Shown here: positions 19,305 to 27,845 of the stretch, piece by piece
Numbering within the stretch: the first letter of the stretch is position 1
How the letters are laid out: every line of letters starts with the position of its first letter
Source: Gammaproteobacteria bacterium
Lineage (GTDB): Bacteria > Pseudomonadota > Gammaproteobacteria > Thiomicrospirales > Thiomicrospiraceae
Assembly: GCA_014763665.1 (NCBI GenBank)
Contig: JACXUY010000001.1
Location: 2,598-66,597, forward strand
Direction: 5' to 3'
Length of the DNA stretch: 64,000 nucleotides
Program-made: the position numbers and the translations under genes
The notes under the pieces: generated by a model
Databases searched by the model: none
What the model saw: the letters and a program-made list of their open reading frames with translations, nothing else
What the model was told of the DNA's origin: nothing

Positions 19305-19745
19305 TTACTCCCTAAAGAAATCTATTTTATCAATATCTGTCAAAATTACCATACGACCGTCAATGGAAACCAGTCCTTCAACGAAGACATTTTTGGCTTC
19401 ACCATCTTTTTTGGGGGCAGGTTGCAATTCGTCTAAATTGGCAAACTCAGTGTTAGATACTGAGTCAACAACGATGCCGACAACTTTAGTTTTGCCATTA
19501 TTTTCGACACGCAGTACGATGATGACGCCATTATCAGACTCATAGTCGAAAAACATTTTGCGTAAATCGAATACAGGTACAACCGAGCCACGAAGATTAA
19601 TGACGCCAAGGGTCCATTCAGGGGTATTTGGGATAGGTGTACATTTTTCTACGTCTTTAATTTCTTGAATACGTAAAATATCTACCCCATAAACTTCATT
19701 ATTGAGAATGAAGGTAAGCAATTGTTTGGTGTTTTCCATCGTCAT
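19305..19745 (-). CDS. cheW: Chemotaxis coupling protein CheW
   Basis: Contains LLTFILNNEVYGVDILRIQEI...INLRGSVVPVFDLRK...IVVDSV. I prefer ATG 19745 or 19739, just after the cheA stop, over the ORF-track start 19784. Confidence 0.9.
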   Translation of the reverse strand: MTMENTKQLLTFILNNEVYGVDILRIQEIKDVEKCTPIPNTPEWTLGVINLRGSVVPVFDLRKMFFDYESDNGVIIVLRVENNGKTKVVGIVVDSVSNTEFANLDELQPAPKKDGEAKNVFVEGLVSIDGRMVILTDIDKIDFFRE

Positions 19746-19749
19746 GCCC

Positions 19750-21810
19750 TTATTCAACTTCGTGCGAGAGTTCAGTGAGATCAAGAATCATGGCAACGCG
19801 ACCATCACCCATAATGGTTGCGCCAGAGATGCCGTTTACTTTGCGGTAGTTGGTATCTAACGATTTGATCACCACTTGCTGTTGGCTTTCTAAACTATCG
19901 ACAAACACGCCGAAACGCTTATCACCATTTTCAACGACAACTAACAAACCTTGCGTTAATTCGGTTTTGCCAACGGGACGGTTGAAGAAGTCGTTTAAGC
20001 GCACAACGGGTATATAAACATCGCGTAGGCGATAGAGGTAGGTGCCTTTAACACTCTTAATATTATCTTCGGCAGGTAGTACCGATTCGACAATCGATGC
20101 TAATGGGAAGATATAGGTTTCGTCACCCACTTTAGCCAGCTGACCATCCAAAATGGCTAGAGTGAGCGGTAGGCGAATGGTAAAGATTGAACCGATGTTT
20201 TGTTCAGTTTGAACTTCAATGGTACCACCCAGTTCACGGATGTTACGACGTACAACATCCATACCGACGCCACGACCAGAAATGTCGGTTACTTGATCGG
20301 CAGTTGAGAAACCGGGGTGGAAGATCAGATCAATGTTTTCTTTTTCGGTCAGGACCTGATGTTCTGAAATGATACCAGCATCGATGGCTTTCTGACGTAC
20401 TTTGTCTAGTCTGATGCCTGCACCATCATCTTTAATTTGAATAACAATGTTACCACCAGCATGGAAGGCTGATAAGCAGACTGTACCCTTACGTGATTTG
20501 CCTTTTGCTTCACGTTCATCTGGTTTTTCAATACCATGATCAACGGAGTTGCGGATAATGTGAACAAGTGGATCGGTAAGTTTTTCTAGGACAGTTTTAT
20601 CTACTTCAGTGTTTTCACCTTCCATCACCAATTCAATATCTTTTTCGAGTTTGGCACTCACATCATGCACGATGCGTGGCATGCGGTTGAAGGCAAAACT
20701 AATCGGCATCATACGAATTGACATGACTGATTCTTGCATGGCGCGCGTATGACGCTCAATATCGACTAGCCCTTCTTTCAGCTCATCTGCCCAAGGAGCG
20801 TTCAACTGATCAGCAAGTAGGCCGAATCGGGATAGCATTGACTGAGCAATAACTAATTCACCAACCATATCGACCATTTGGTCGATTTTACTGATAGAAA
20901 CGCGAATAGAACTTTCTGGTTTTTCAGCAGTGGCAACTGCCGTTCTTGGTGTGTTGTTATTGGCTACCGGTGTCGTAGCGGTGGTGCCTAATGGCTGAGT
21001 AGCCGATGTAGGTGCTTTCGTTACTGAAACACTGGTATCTTTAGGCACGCTAAGGTCGCTAAGTGTTTGAGCGGCGCTACCAACATTGCGATAGACTGGA
21101 CTAATACTGATATGGCAACTATCTTCGTCTAACCATTCAAATACTTCATCGATGTCGGCTAACTCTACTTCGCCGTCTATGAGCACATTAAAAGAAATTA
21201 AGCAGTGTTCAACTTGAAGTGGGTTGCCTTCATTAAGATGTGCTTTGATATGCGTTCTTTCGGCCCCTTCGATGCGACTCAACTCATGAAGTAATTTCAG
21301 CAAATCAATGCCAGAAGTAAAGTAGTCATCATTGGGGGATAAGTGAATTTGATAGCCTGTGACTTCAGGGGCATCACTGGTGTTGCTGAGTGAATGATTG
21401 TCAGTCACTGCACTTTGAGCGCCATTGTTCAAAATCGCTTCTAAGCGTTGCTCCATCGCTTTGACAGCTGCCATATCAATTGGCTGATTATCTTGGTATG
21501 CATCAAGAATCATACGCAAGACATCGACAGACTGTAGCAAGGCTTCACGATTTTCAGAAGTAACGTTACGTTTACCAGAACGCATTTCATCGAGCAAGGT
21601 TTCGAGAATATGAGTAAGGTGGATGAGCTCAGAAAACCCAAAGGTGCCCGCACCTCCTTTCATGGAGTGCGCGGCACGGAAGATAGTATTGACCACTTCG
21701 GTATCGGGTGTGCCTTCAGGTAGAGTCAGTAAGTTGGACTCCATGGCTGCCAATCCCTCAAAACTTTCTTCAAGGTAGGTTTGGCGAAACACCTGCATTA
21801 ATTCATCCAT
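19750..21810 (-). CDS. cheA: Chemotaxis histidine kinase CheA
   Basis: 686 aa. Hpt P1 with AAHSMKGGAGTFGF, dimerisation domain, HATPase (HIIRNSVDHGIE, DDGAGI, GRGVGMDVV) and a C-terminal CheW-like P5 domain. Confidence 0.95.
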   Translation of the reverse strand: MDELMQVFRQTYLEESFEGLAAMESNLLTLPEGTPDTEVVNTIFRAAHSMKGGAGTFGFSELIHLTHILETLLDEMRSGKRNVTSENREALLQSVDVLRMILDAYQDNQPIDMAAVKAMEQRLEAILNNGAQSAVTDNHSLSNTSDAPEVTGYQIHLSPNDDYFTSGIDLLKLLHELSRIEGAERTHIKAHLNEGNPLQVEHCLISFNVLIDGEVELADIDEVFEWLDEDSCHISISPVYRNVGSAAQTLSDLSVPKDTSVSVTKAPTSATQPLGTTATTPVANNNTPRTAVATAEKPESSIRVSISKIDQMVDMVGELVIAQSMLSRFGLLADQLNAPWADELKEGLVDIERHTRAMQESVMSIRMMPISFAFNRMPRIVHDVSAKLEKDIELVMEGENTEVDKTVLEKLTDPLVHIIRNSVDHGIEKPDEREAKGKSRKGTVCLSAFHAGGNIVIQIKDDGAGIRLDKVRQKAIDAGIISEHQVLTEKENIDLIFHPGFSTADQVTDISGRGVGMDVVRRNIRELGGTIEVQTEQNIGSIFTIRLPLTLAILDGQLAKVGDETYIFPLASIVESVLPAEDNIKSVKGTYLYRLRDVYIPVVRLNDFFNRPVGKTELTQGLLVVVENGDKRFGVFVDSLESQQQVVIKSLDTNYRKVNGISGATIMGDGRVAMILDLTELSHEVE

Positions 21811-22093
21811 TCAAGAATCTCCAATGGCTAACTGAGTAAGCTCTCATAAGTAGGGTGAGGCTATCTTGCTTCATCTGGTTGATTAAGTGATCAACACAGA
21901 TTTATTATAACGATTTCTAAGCTTAAAACCAGTGTTCTCTAGCGAAATTATACGCAGTTTCAATCCACTAAAAATGACGGTTTTATGTTCTTTATTCGAC
22001 TGGTCGCACCACAAAAGCAAAATCAAGGTCGATTTAACGAAAACAGACAACAAAGAATGAGCCTACTTATGTAACGGCTATTGCGGTAAAAAC

Positions 22094-22780
22094 CTAAAAG
22101 GATTGCGTCAATTGACCATCAACAAGGTGGAAGCCTTGACCGCAGCGACGCGCCAGTTGCATGTCATGTGTGACAATTAAAAAGGAAATACCTTCGGTTT
22201 GATTGATGTGTTCAAGTAGTTTGAAAATTTCATCAGCCGAGTGCGTATCCAGATTTCCAGTCGGTTCGTCGGCCAAAACTAAAGGTGGATTGAGCATGAG
22301 TGCGCGAGCAATCGCTACCCGCTGTTGCATGCCACCAGAGAGCTCATTAGGTTTTTTGTAAAGGGCTTGTGCTAAACCCACCGCACCAAGTAGCTGCTGA
22401 GCACGCTTTTCCGCTGCTTGTCTTTCTAAATGGCGGTGAATGATGGATGGCATCATGACATTTTCGAGCGCATTAAAAGCAGGCAGCAAATGGTGAAACT
22501 GAAAAACAAAACCAATATTTAAGCCACGCAATTTGGTGAGTTGATCATCGCCGATGTTTTGAGTGCTTTGCCCAGCAATAATCAATTCGCCAGAAGTAGG
22601 GGGTTCTAATAGGCCAATGATATTAAGTAAGGTTGATTTGCCCGAACCAGAAGGTCCTGTCAGGGCACTAAAGCTGCCTGATGACAACTCAATATCGATA
22701 CCATGTAAAATTTCGGTTTCGATGCTGGTACCGATATTGTAGGATTTGCGAATGTGTTTGAGCTGTAAAATCGGATTCAT
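22094..22780 (-). CDS. ABC transporter ATP-binding protein (MacB/LolD-type)
   Basis: 228 aa. Walker [10 protein letters not shown], signature [15 protein letters not shown], Walker [13 protein letters not shown]. Confidence 0.92.
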   Translation of the reverse strand: MNPILQLKHIRKSYNIGTSIETEILHGIDIELSSGSFSALTGPSGSGKSTLLNIIGLLEPPTSGELIIAGQSTQNIGDDQLTKLRGLNIGFVFQFHHLLPAFNALENVMMPSIIHRHLERQAAEKRAQQLLGAVGLAQALYKKPNELSGGMQQRVAIARALMLNPPLVLADEPTGNLDTHSADEIFKLLEHINQTEGISFLIVTHDMQLARRCGQGFHLVDGQLTQSF

Positions 22781-22783
22781 GCC

Positions 22784-24001
22784 TTAACTCCGAATCGCTT
22801 GCACGGGATCCATGCGGGCAGCTCTTCGCGCTGGGAGTAGAGCGGCTAAAATCCCAACCAGCAATGCAACTATGCTGGCCATCACGACCAGGTTGGGGTC
22901 GAGTTGAGCCGTAAACATGATGCTACCATTGGGGGCCTTGTAAATGCTTGCAAATAAGGTGAGCAGGGCAAAAGCTAGGGAGACGCCCATCAGCGAGCCT
23001 AAGCTGCCAAAGATAGCGCCTTGCATGAGAAAAATGCGCAATACCTGCTGCTGTGTTGCTCCCATAGCACGCAGGATGCCAATTTCTTTTTGCTTTTGCA
23101 CCACAGATACCACCAATACGCTAGCAATGCCTAGTGCGACAATAATGACAACAAACACACGTATGAGGTTATTGGTGACAGTTTGATTAGAGAGTGCGTT
23201 GAGCAATCCTGAGTTGGTTTCCATCCAAGACTCAACCAACAATCCTGTTTGCTTGCTTAATCTTTGTGCCAGCAATTTGGCACCAAATAAGTCATGCACA
23301 GTTAAATCTATCGAGGAAACCCCACCAGGAATGTTGAGCAAGCTTTGTGCGAGTCGCAGTTGTGTGAATACCCAGCGTTTATTCAAGTCCTTATTGTTAA
23401 TGTCAAACAGGCCGACAATCGTTAGGTTTTGCACCACACCACTTTCACTGACCACTTGAATGCGATCGCCCAAGTTAACGCCTAAGTCTTTCGCCAATTC
23501 TGTGCCTATCACCGTTTGTTCGCTGCCGATATCGAAACGTCCTTTGACCAGATAGCGATTCATATTAACGACATTCAAATAGTCTTCTGGCACAATACCC
23601 ATCAGCACCACCGATTTACTGGCGAGATTGTTACGCGCAAAAACCGGGCCTGTGGCCAAGGGAGAAACCGCTTTGATACCGGGTGTGGTACGAGCAAGCT
23701 GTGCAAAGCTCTCCCATTGATCGATGCTGCGTAGACGTTGACCTCGTTGTTGAATCAAAGCTGCAGTGAGCGTGTCGGCTTGGTCGAATCTGAGCACAGC
23801 CTCTTCGGCTGGACGCATGACGATATGTGCTTGTGAAGAGAGCACTCGGTCGATAATCGTGCCTTGAAGTTGGTTGATTAGTTGCGTCAAAAAAATAATA
23901 ATGGCAACACCACCCGTGACACCAGCGAGGATAAGCCATGATTGCATGCGACCTTCTTTAAGGAAACGAATTGCCAATAACCATTCAAATGCCAGTGACA
24001 T
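22784..24001 (-). CDS. ABC transporter permease, FtsX/LolC-E/MacB family
   Basis: 405 aa. N-terminal TM, a large periplasmic domain and a C-terminal FtsX-type 3-TM bundle (EIGILRAMGATQQQV...). 3 nt upstream of the ATPase gene. Confidence 0.88.
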   Translation of the reverse strand: MSLAFEWLLAIRFLKEGRMQSWLILAGVTGGVAIIIFLTQLINQLQGTIIDRVLSSQAHIVMRPAEEAVLRFDQADTLTAALIQQRGQRLRSIDQWESFAQLARTTPGIKAVSPLATGPVFARNNLASKSVVLMGIVPEDYLNVVNMNRYLVKGRFDIGSEQTVIGTELAKDLGVNLGDRIQVVSESGVVQNLTIVGLFDINNKDLNKRWVFTQLRLAQSLLNIPGGVSSIDLTVHDLFGAKLLAQRLSKQTGLLVESWMETNSGLLNALSNQTVTNNLIRVFVVIIVALGIASVLVVSVVQKQKEIGILRAMGATQQQVLRIFLMQGAIFGSLGSLMGVSLAFALLTLFASIYKAPNGSIMFTAQLDPNLVVMASIVALLVGILAALLPARRAARMDPVQAIRS

Positions 24002-24013
24002 AAGGTTGTCCGT

Positions 24014-25216
24014 TTACCGTTCTGAGGAGGGTGAGCGTGCTTTAACCTGAACACGAGTTCCCAGTGGAATGTCAGCTTGTGTCACCAACCAGTCACCAGC
24101 CGTTACCCCCTCAAGGATTTGGCTATTACCTATCCCTTTAATACCTAGCCTAACAGGTTGTTTGACGGTTTGACCTTGCTCTACTTTCATGACCCATGGA
24201 GATTGACTGGCGATGTCGTGAACAGCATCGCTCGGTACTACGAGAGTGTTCGTTGCATTTCCCGTTATCATTTCGATACTAACTGTCATGTCGGGGCGTA
24301 AGAAAGCGGGTGGATGTTCGACAACAAGGCGAATGTTGATGGTAGCGCGGTTAGGATCAATACTTGGATAAATGAGCGCCAGCTTGGCTTCAAAGGGCTG
24401 TTGCGGGTAGGCATCAGCGATCACTCGGGCACGCTGTTCGGGGGCTAAAAATCGCATACTTTTTTCATCAATCGGTGCTTCAATGCGGATTTCTCCGTCA
24501 CTAGCCATGGTTAATAAAGGCTTGCCAGCTTGGGCTGTTGCACCCACTTCAACCAGTCGTTGTAAGAGGACACCAGAACTGGGTGCTCGAATATTCAGCT
24601 GAGCTTGTTTCGCTTGTGCAACAGCAAATGCGGCTTGCGCCTGTGCTAAACGACTGTGCAAGAGTTGCGTGCTGATACCATTGTGTTGAGTGGCCTGCCA
24701 TTGTTTGAGAGCGGCTTGGTAAGCTTGTTGGTTGAAATCGAGTGTTTTTCTGGCATTGTCTAAGCTGGACTGAGAAGCAAGATTCTTTTGTTGTAAGCTG
24801 GCATAGCGCTGATATTCCGCTTCTGCTAGTGTCAGATTGGCTTTGGCTTGAGCAAGATTATTTTCTGCTAGGGGACGAGTAAGTTGAGCTAATTCCTGCA
24901 CGCGCTGTTCTGCTTCACGAAGGTTTGCTTGAGCTTGCACAAGGTTGGCATCGACACTGGCATCGGTTAAGGAAATGAGCAATTGATCTTGGCTGATTTG
25001 TTCACCTTCACGAACATGGATTTGCCCGATTTGCGCAGTAACCAAACTAGCTAATTCAACTTTGGCCATGGGTGCAACACGTCCGGTGGCAACGATGGTT
25101 TGACTGATATCTGCCTGCGTTACTTGAATGGCCTCAACCGTTTTTGGCTGCCACTTGAACCAAGCCACGAGTACAATCACGCTGATGACAGCGGCGGCAA
25201 TAATTTTTTTGCTCAT
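24014..25216 (-). CDS. Periplasmic adaptor (membrane fusion protein, HlyD/MacA-like) of the ABC efflux system
   Basis: 400 aa. N-terminal TM anchor, a long alanine/glutamine-rich coiled-coil hairpin at about aa 90-215, then a beta-barrel region. Confidence 0.88.
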   Translation of the reverse strand: MSKKIIAAAVISVIVLVAWFKWQPKTVEAIQVTQADISQTIVATGRVAPMAKVELASLVTAQIGQIHVREGEQISQDQLLISLTDASVDANLVQAQANLREAEQRVQELAQLTRPLAENNLAQAKANLTLAEAEYQRYASLQQKNLASQSSLDNARKTLDFNQQAYQAALKQWQATQHNGISTQLLHSRLAQAQAAFAVAQAKQAQLNIRAPSSGVLLQRLVEVGATAQAGKPLLTMASDGEIRIEAPIDEKSMRFLAPEQRARVIADAYPQQPFEAKLALIYPSIDPNRATINIRLVVEHPPAFLRPDMTVSIEMITGNATNTLVVPSDAVHDIASQSPWVMKVEQGQTVKQPVRLGIKGIGNSQILEGVTAGDWLVTQADIPLGTRVQVKARSPSSER

Positions 25217-25231
25217 GATAAGCCTTACGCC

Positions 25232-26002
25232 TTATTGAATCGGAATGTTATTGAGTTGCATCACTTGCTTCACTTCTTCGGCGGATCTGTCTAATTTCAA
25301 CTCTTGATAGGCTTTAGCCATAATTTGCAGGGCACGCTGACTGCTGACGGTTTGTGGGTAGTTTTCGAGCACATACTGAGCGCGTTTAGCGGCGGCTAAC
25401 CAAGCGGCGCGTTCGACATAAAACTCAGCAACTTGTAACTCGTGACGGGCTAAATTGTTGCGTAATCGAATTAAGCGCAGTTTGGCATCATCGGCATATT
25501 CGCTGTTTGGAAAGCGTTGAATTAGGTTCAAGTAATCCTGGTAAGCTTGGCGAATTGGCTCGCTATCACGGCGTGCTGGATCGGAAATATAATCATCTAA
25601 AAAACTACGCGTCGTACTTTCACGTGCCACGCCTTTCAAGTACATGGCATAGGGCAAACGTGGGTGGCGAGGATACATGCGAATAAATTCTTCCAGCTCA
25701 CGTACCGCTGATTGAGGTTCGTTGTTACGGAAGTAAGCATAAGCCAATTCAAGCGAGGCTTGTTCAGACCATGCACCATAGGGATAGACAGAACGTAGTT
25801 TTTCAAACTCTTTGATGGCTTCATCCCATGAGCTATCATTAAGCGCATTGTGACCACGATTAAAGTATTCTTCGACACTGCGAATGGGCTCAACCTCTTT
25901 GGTGAATAAAGAACAGCCATTGAGAAATTGCATCGCGAGTAATACGACCGCGATCTTAGCTATCATCCCTTTAGCGGACGAAATATGAGAAAAAGTAGTC
26001 AT
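25232..26002 (-). CDS. bamD: Outer membrane protein assembly factor BamD
   Basis: 256 aa TPR lipoprotein with lipobox FLNGCS. Divergent from rluD as in E. coli. The start may be the internal ATG at 25966. Confidence 0.9.
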   Translation of the reverse strand: MTTFSHISSAKGMIAKIAVVLLAMQFLNGCSLFTKEVEPIRSVEEYFNRGHNALNDSSWDEAIKEFEKLRSVYPYGAWSEQASLELAYAYFRNNEPQSAVRELEEFIRMYPRHPRLPYAMYLKGVARESTTRSFLDDYISDPARRDSEPIRQAYQDYLNLIQRFPNSEYADDAKLRLIRLRNNLARHELQVAEFYVERAAWLAAAKRAQYVLENYPQTVSSQRALQIMAKAYQELKLDRSAEEVKQVMQLNNIPIQ

Positions 26003-26078
26003 GCAACCCCTTAATGCTGGACAGATGATTTCAAAGAGAGCATCATTCTAGCGCATAAATGATAACGAAGGCAAAAAG

Positions 26079-27044
26079 ATGAGTGAATGGACAAGTCGTG
26101 TGCCGCTTGAAATGGGCGGAACGCGTTTAGATGGCGTACTAGGACAGTTGGTTGAGGGGGTGTCGCGAGCGAGGCTGAAGACCTGTATTGAGTCTGGCTT
26201 AGTAACGGTCAATGGTCAGGTTGTGACGCGAGCGCGTCAAACCATGTTAGGTGGTGAATTCTTGTCGCTTGAGTTGCCGGAACGTGAAGTGCTGACTTAC
26301 GAAGCGCAGGACATACCACTGGATGTGGTTTATGAGGATGAAGGCGTTTTAGTGATTAACAAGCCTGCTGGTTTGGTCGTTCACCCTGGGGCGGGTAATA
26401 GTGATGGTACCTTGTTAAACGCCTTGCTTCATTACGATGAAAATTTGGCGAATTTAGCGCGTGCAGGCATTGTGCATCGTTTAGACAAAATGACCAGCGG
26501 TTTATTGGTGGTAGCTAAAACCGAGGTGGTTCAGTTGGCACTGACCGATTTGCTAAAAGATCATAATGTGGCGCGTATTTACGATGCGGTGGTTGTGGGG
26601 TGTTTGGTTGCCGGTGGCACCATTGAAGCGGGCATTGCACGACATTCAACTGACCGTACTAAGATGACAGTGAATGATATGGTTGGACGAGATGCGGTTA
26701 CACATTACCGTGTTGCGCAAAAGTTCCGTGCGCATACCCATGTGCGTTGTCAGCTGGAAACAGGGCGCACGCATCAAATTCGCGTACACATGGCGCATTT
26801 GGGCTATCCATTATTGGGTGATCCTGAATATGGTAAGCGACTGTATTTGCCGCGGGGCATGAGTCAGGAAGTAGGCGATGTGCTACGTGCTTTTAAGCGT
26901 CAGGCCTTACATGCCGCTGAATTATCGTTTGAACACCCGTTAACGGGTGAGTTGATGCACTTTGAAGCGCCTTTGCCAGATGATATGCAGGGGTTAATTG
27001 CCGCTTTAGCTCAAGATAGCTTGGAACATCCGTCAGACTATTAA
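26079..27044 (+). CDS. rluD: 23S rRNA pseudouridine(1911/1915/1917) synthase RluD
   Basis: 321 aa. S4 domain plus the catalytic HRLDKMTSGLLVVAK motif and GRTHQIRVHM. bamD/rluD/pgeF context. Confidence 0.93.
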   Translation: MSEWTSRVPLEMGGTRLDGVLGQLVEGVSRARLKTCIESGLVTVNGQVVTRARQTMLGGEFLSLELPEREVLTYEAQDIPLDVVYEDEGVLVINKPAGLVVHPGAGNSDGTLLNALLHYDENLANLARAGIVHRLDKMTSGLLVVAKTEVVQLALTDLLKDHNVARIYDAVVVGCLVAGGTIEAGIARHSTDRTKMTVNDMVGRDAVTHYRVAQKFRAHTHVRCQLETGRTHQIRVHMAHLGYPLLGDPEYGKRLYLPRGMSQEVGDVLRAFKRQALHAAELSFEHPLTGELMHFEAPLPDDMQGLIAALAQDSLEHPSDY

Positions 27045-27065
27045 TTGCCTAGTAATGAGGTTTTT

Positions 27066-27809
27066 ATGAAATTTCTAACGCCCGATTGGCCAGCGCCTAG
27101 TCATGTAAAGGCGGTGATGACAACACGCACAGGCGGCCACTCTTTGCCACCTTACGACTCGTTAAATTTGGCGACGCATGTAGGTGATGAGTTAGACAGG
27201 GTATTAGCCAATCGCGCATTGGTTGCTCAAACGCTTGCGCTTCCGAGTGAGCCTTGTTGGATTAATCAAGTGCATGGTGTGCGTGTGCTCGATGTCGATA
27301 GCGAAGCGTGTCAGCCAATTGTTGATGCTGATGGCAGTTCAACTTGTCAAGCAAATAAAGTGTTAGCGGTATTGACAGCCGATTGCTTGCCAGTGTTCAT
27401 CACCAATCGCTCAGGTTCTTTTATCATGCTGTTACATGCCGGATGGCGTGGGGTTGCGGATGATATTATCGGTAAGAGTGTGCGCGACTGTGGGCAGCCA
27501 ACTCATGAATTGATGGCTTGGATTGGGCCAGGTATTGGTAAGACCGCGTTTGAATGTGGCGCCGAAGTGAGAGACGAGTTTCTGTCTAATGGCACCGCTT
27601 TGCCAGCCCATTTTCAACCTTCACCCATACAAGCAGATAAGTTTTTCGGTGACTTATCGAGTATGGCTCAGTGGCAGTGTCATCAGTTAGGCATGGCATG
27701 GGTTGGAGCGTCGAATGAGTGCACCTATCTCAACGATCAAGACTTTTTCTCATTTCGTCGTGAAGGGGTGACGGGCAGAATGGCCAGTTTGATGTGGCTA
27801 ACGGATTAG
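27066..27809 (+). CDS. pgeF: Purine nucleoside phosphorylase / laccase-domain protein YfiH (PgeF)
   Basis: Contains GGHSLPPYDSLNLATHVGD, TADCLPV, HAGWRG and FSFRR. ATG 27066 with an upstream GAGG is preferred over TTG 27045. Confidence 0.9.
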   Translation: MKFLTPDWPAPSHVKAVMTTRTGGHSLPPYDSLNLATHVGDELDRVLANRALVAQTLALPSEPCWINQVHGVRVLDVDSEACQPIVDADGSSTCQANKVLAVLTADCLPVFITNRSGSFIMLLHAGWRGVADDIIGKSVRDCGQPTHELMAWIGPGIGKTAFECGAEVRDEFLSNGTALPAHFQPSPIQADKFFGDLSSMAQWQCHQLGMAWVGASNECTYLNDQDFFSFRREGVTGRMASLMWLTD

Positions 27810-27816
27810 CTACAGG

Positions 27817-27845
27817 TTATTGCAAGGCTACTAACCTTGCAATAA
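27817..27845. terminator. Perfect 11-bp hairpin between convergent pgeF and the CPA2 gene (no U-tract)
   Basis: TTATTGCAAGG-CTACTAA-CCTTGCAATAA. The right arm overlaps the stop and last codons of the minus-strand gene. Confidence 0.35.

Noticed and set aside
21811-22093. Sigma-28 (TAAAG-N15-GCCGATAA) or sigma-54 (TGGCAC-N5-TTGC) promoter upstream of cheA
   Set aside because: I found no match on the minus strand. Two TATAAT hexamers (reverse complements of 21947-21952 and 21904-21909) lack a properly spaced -35, so no promoter is called.
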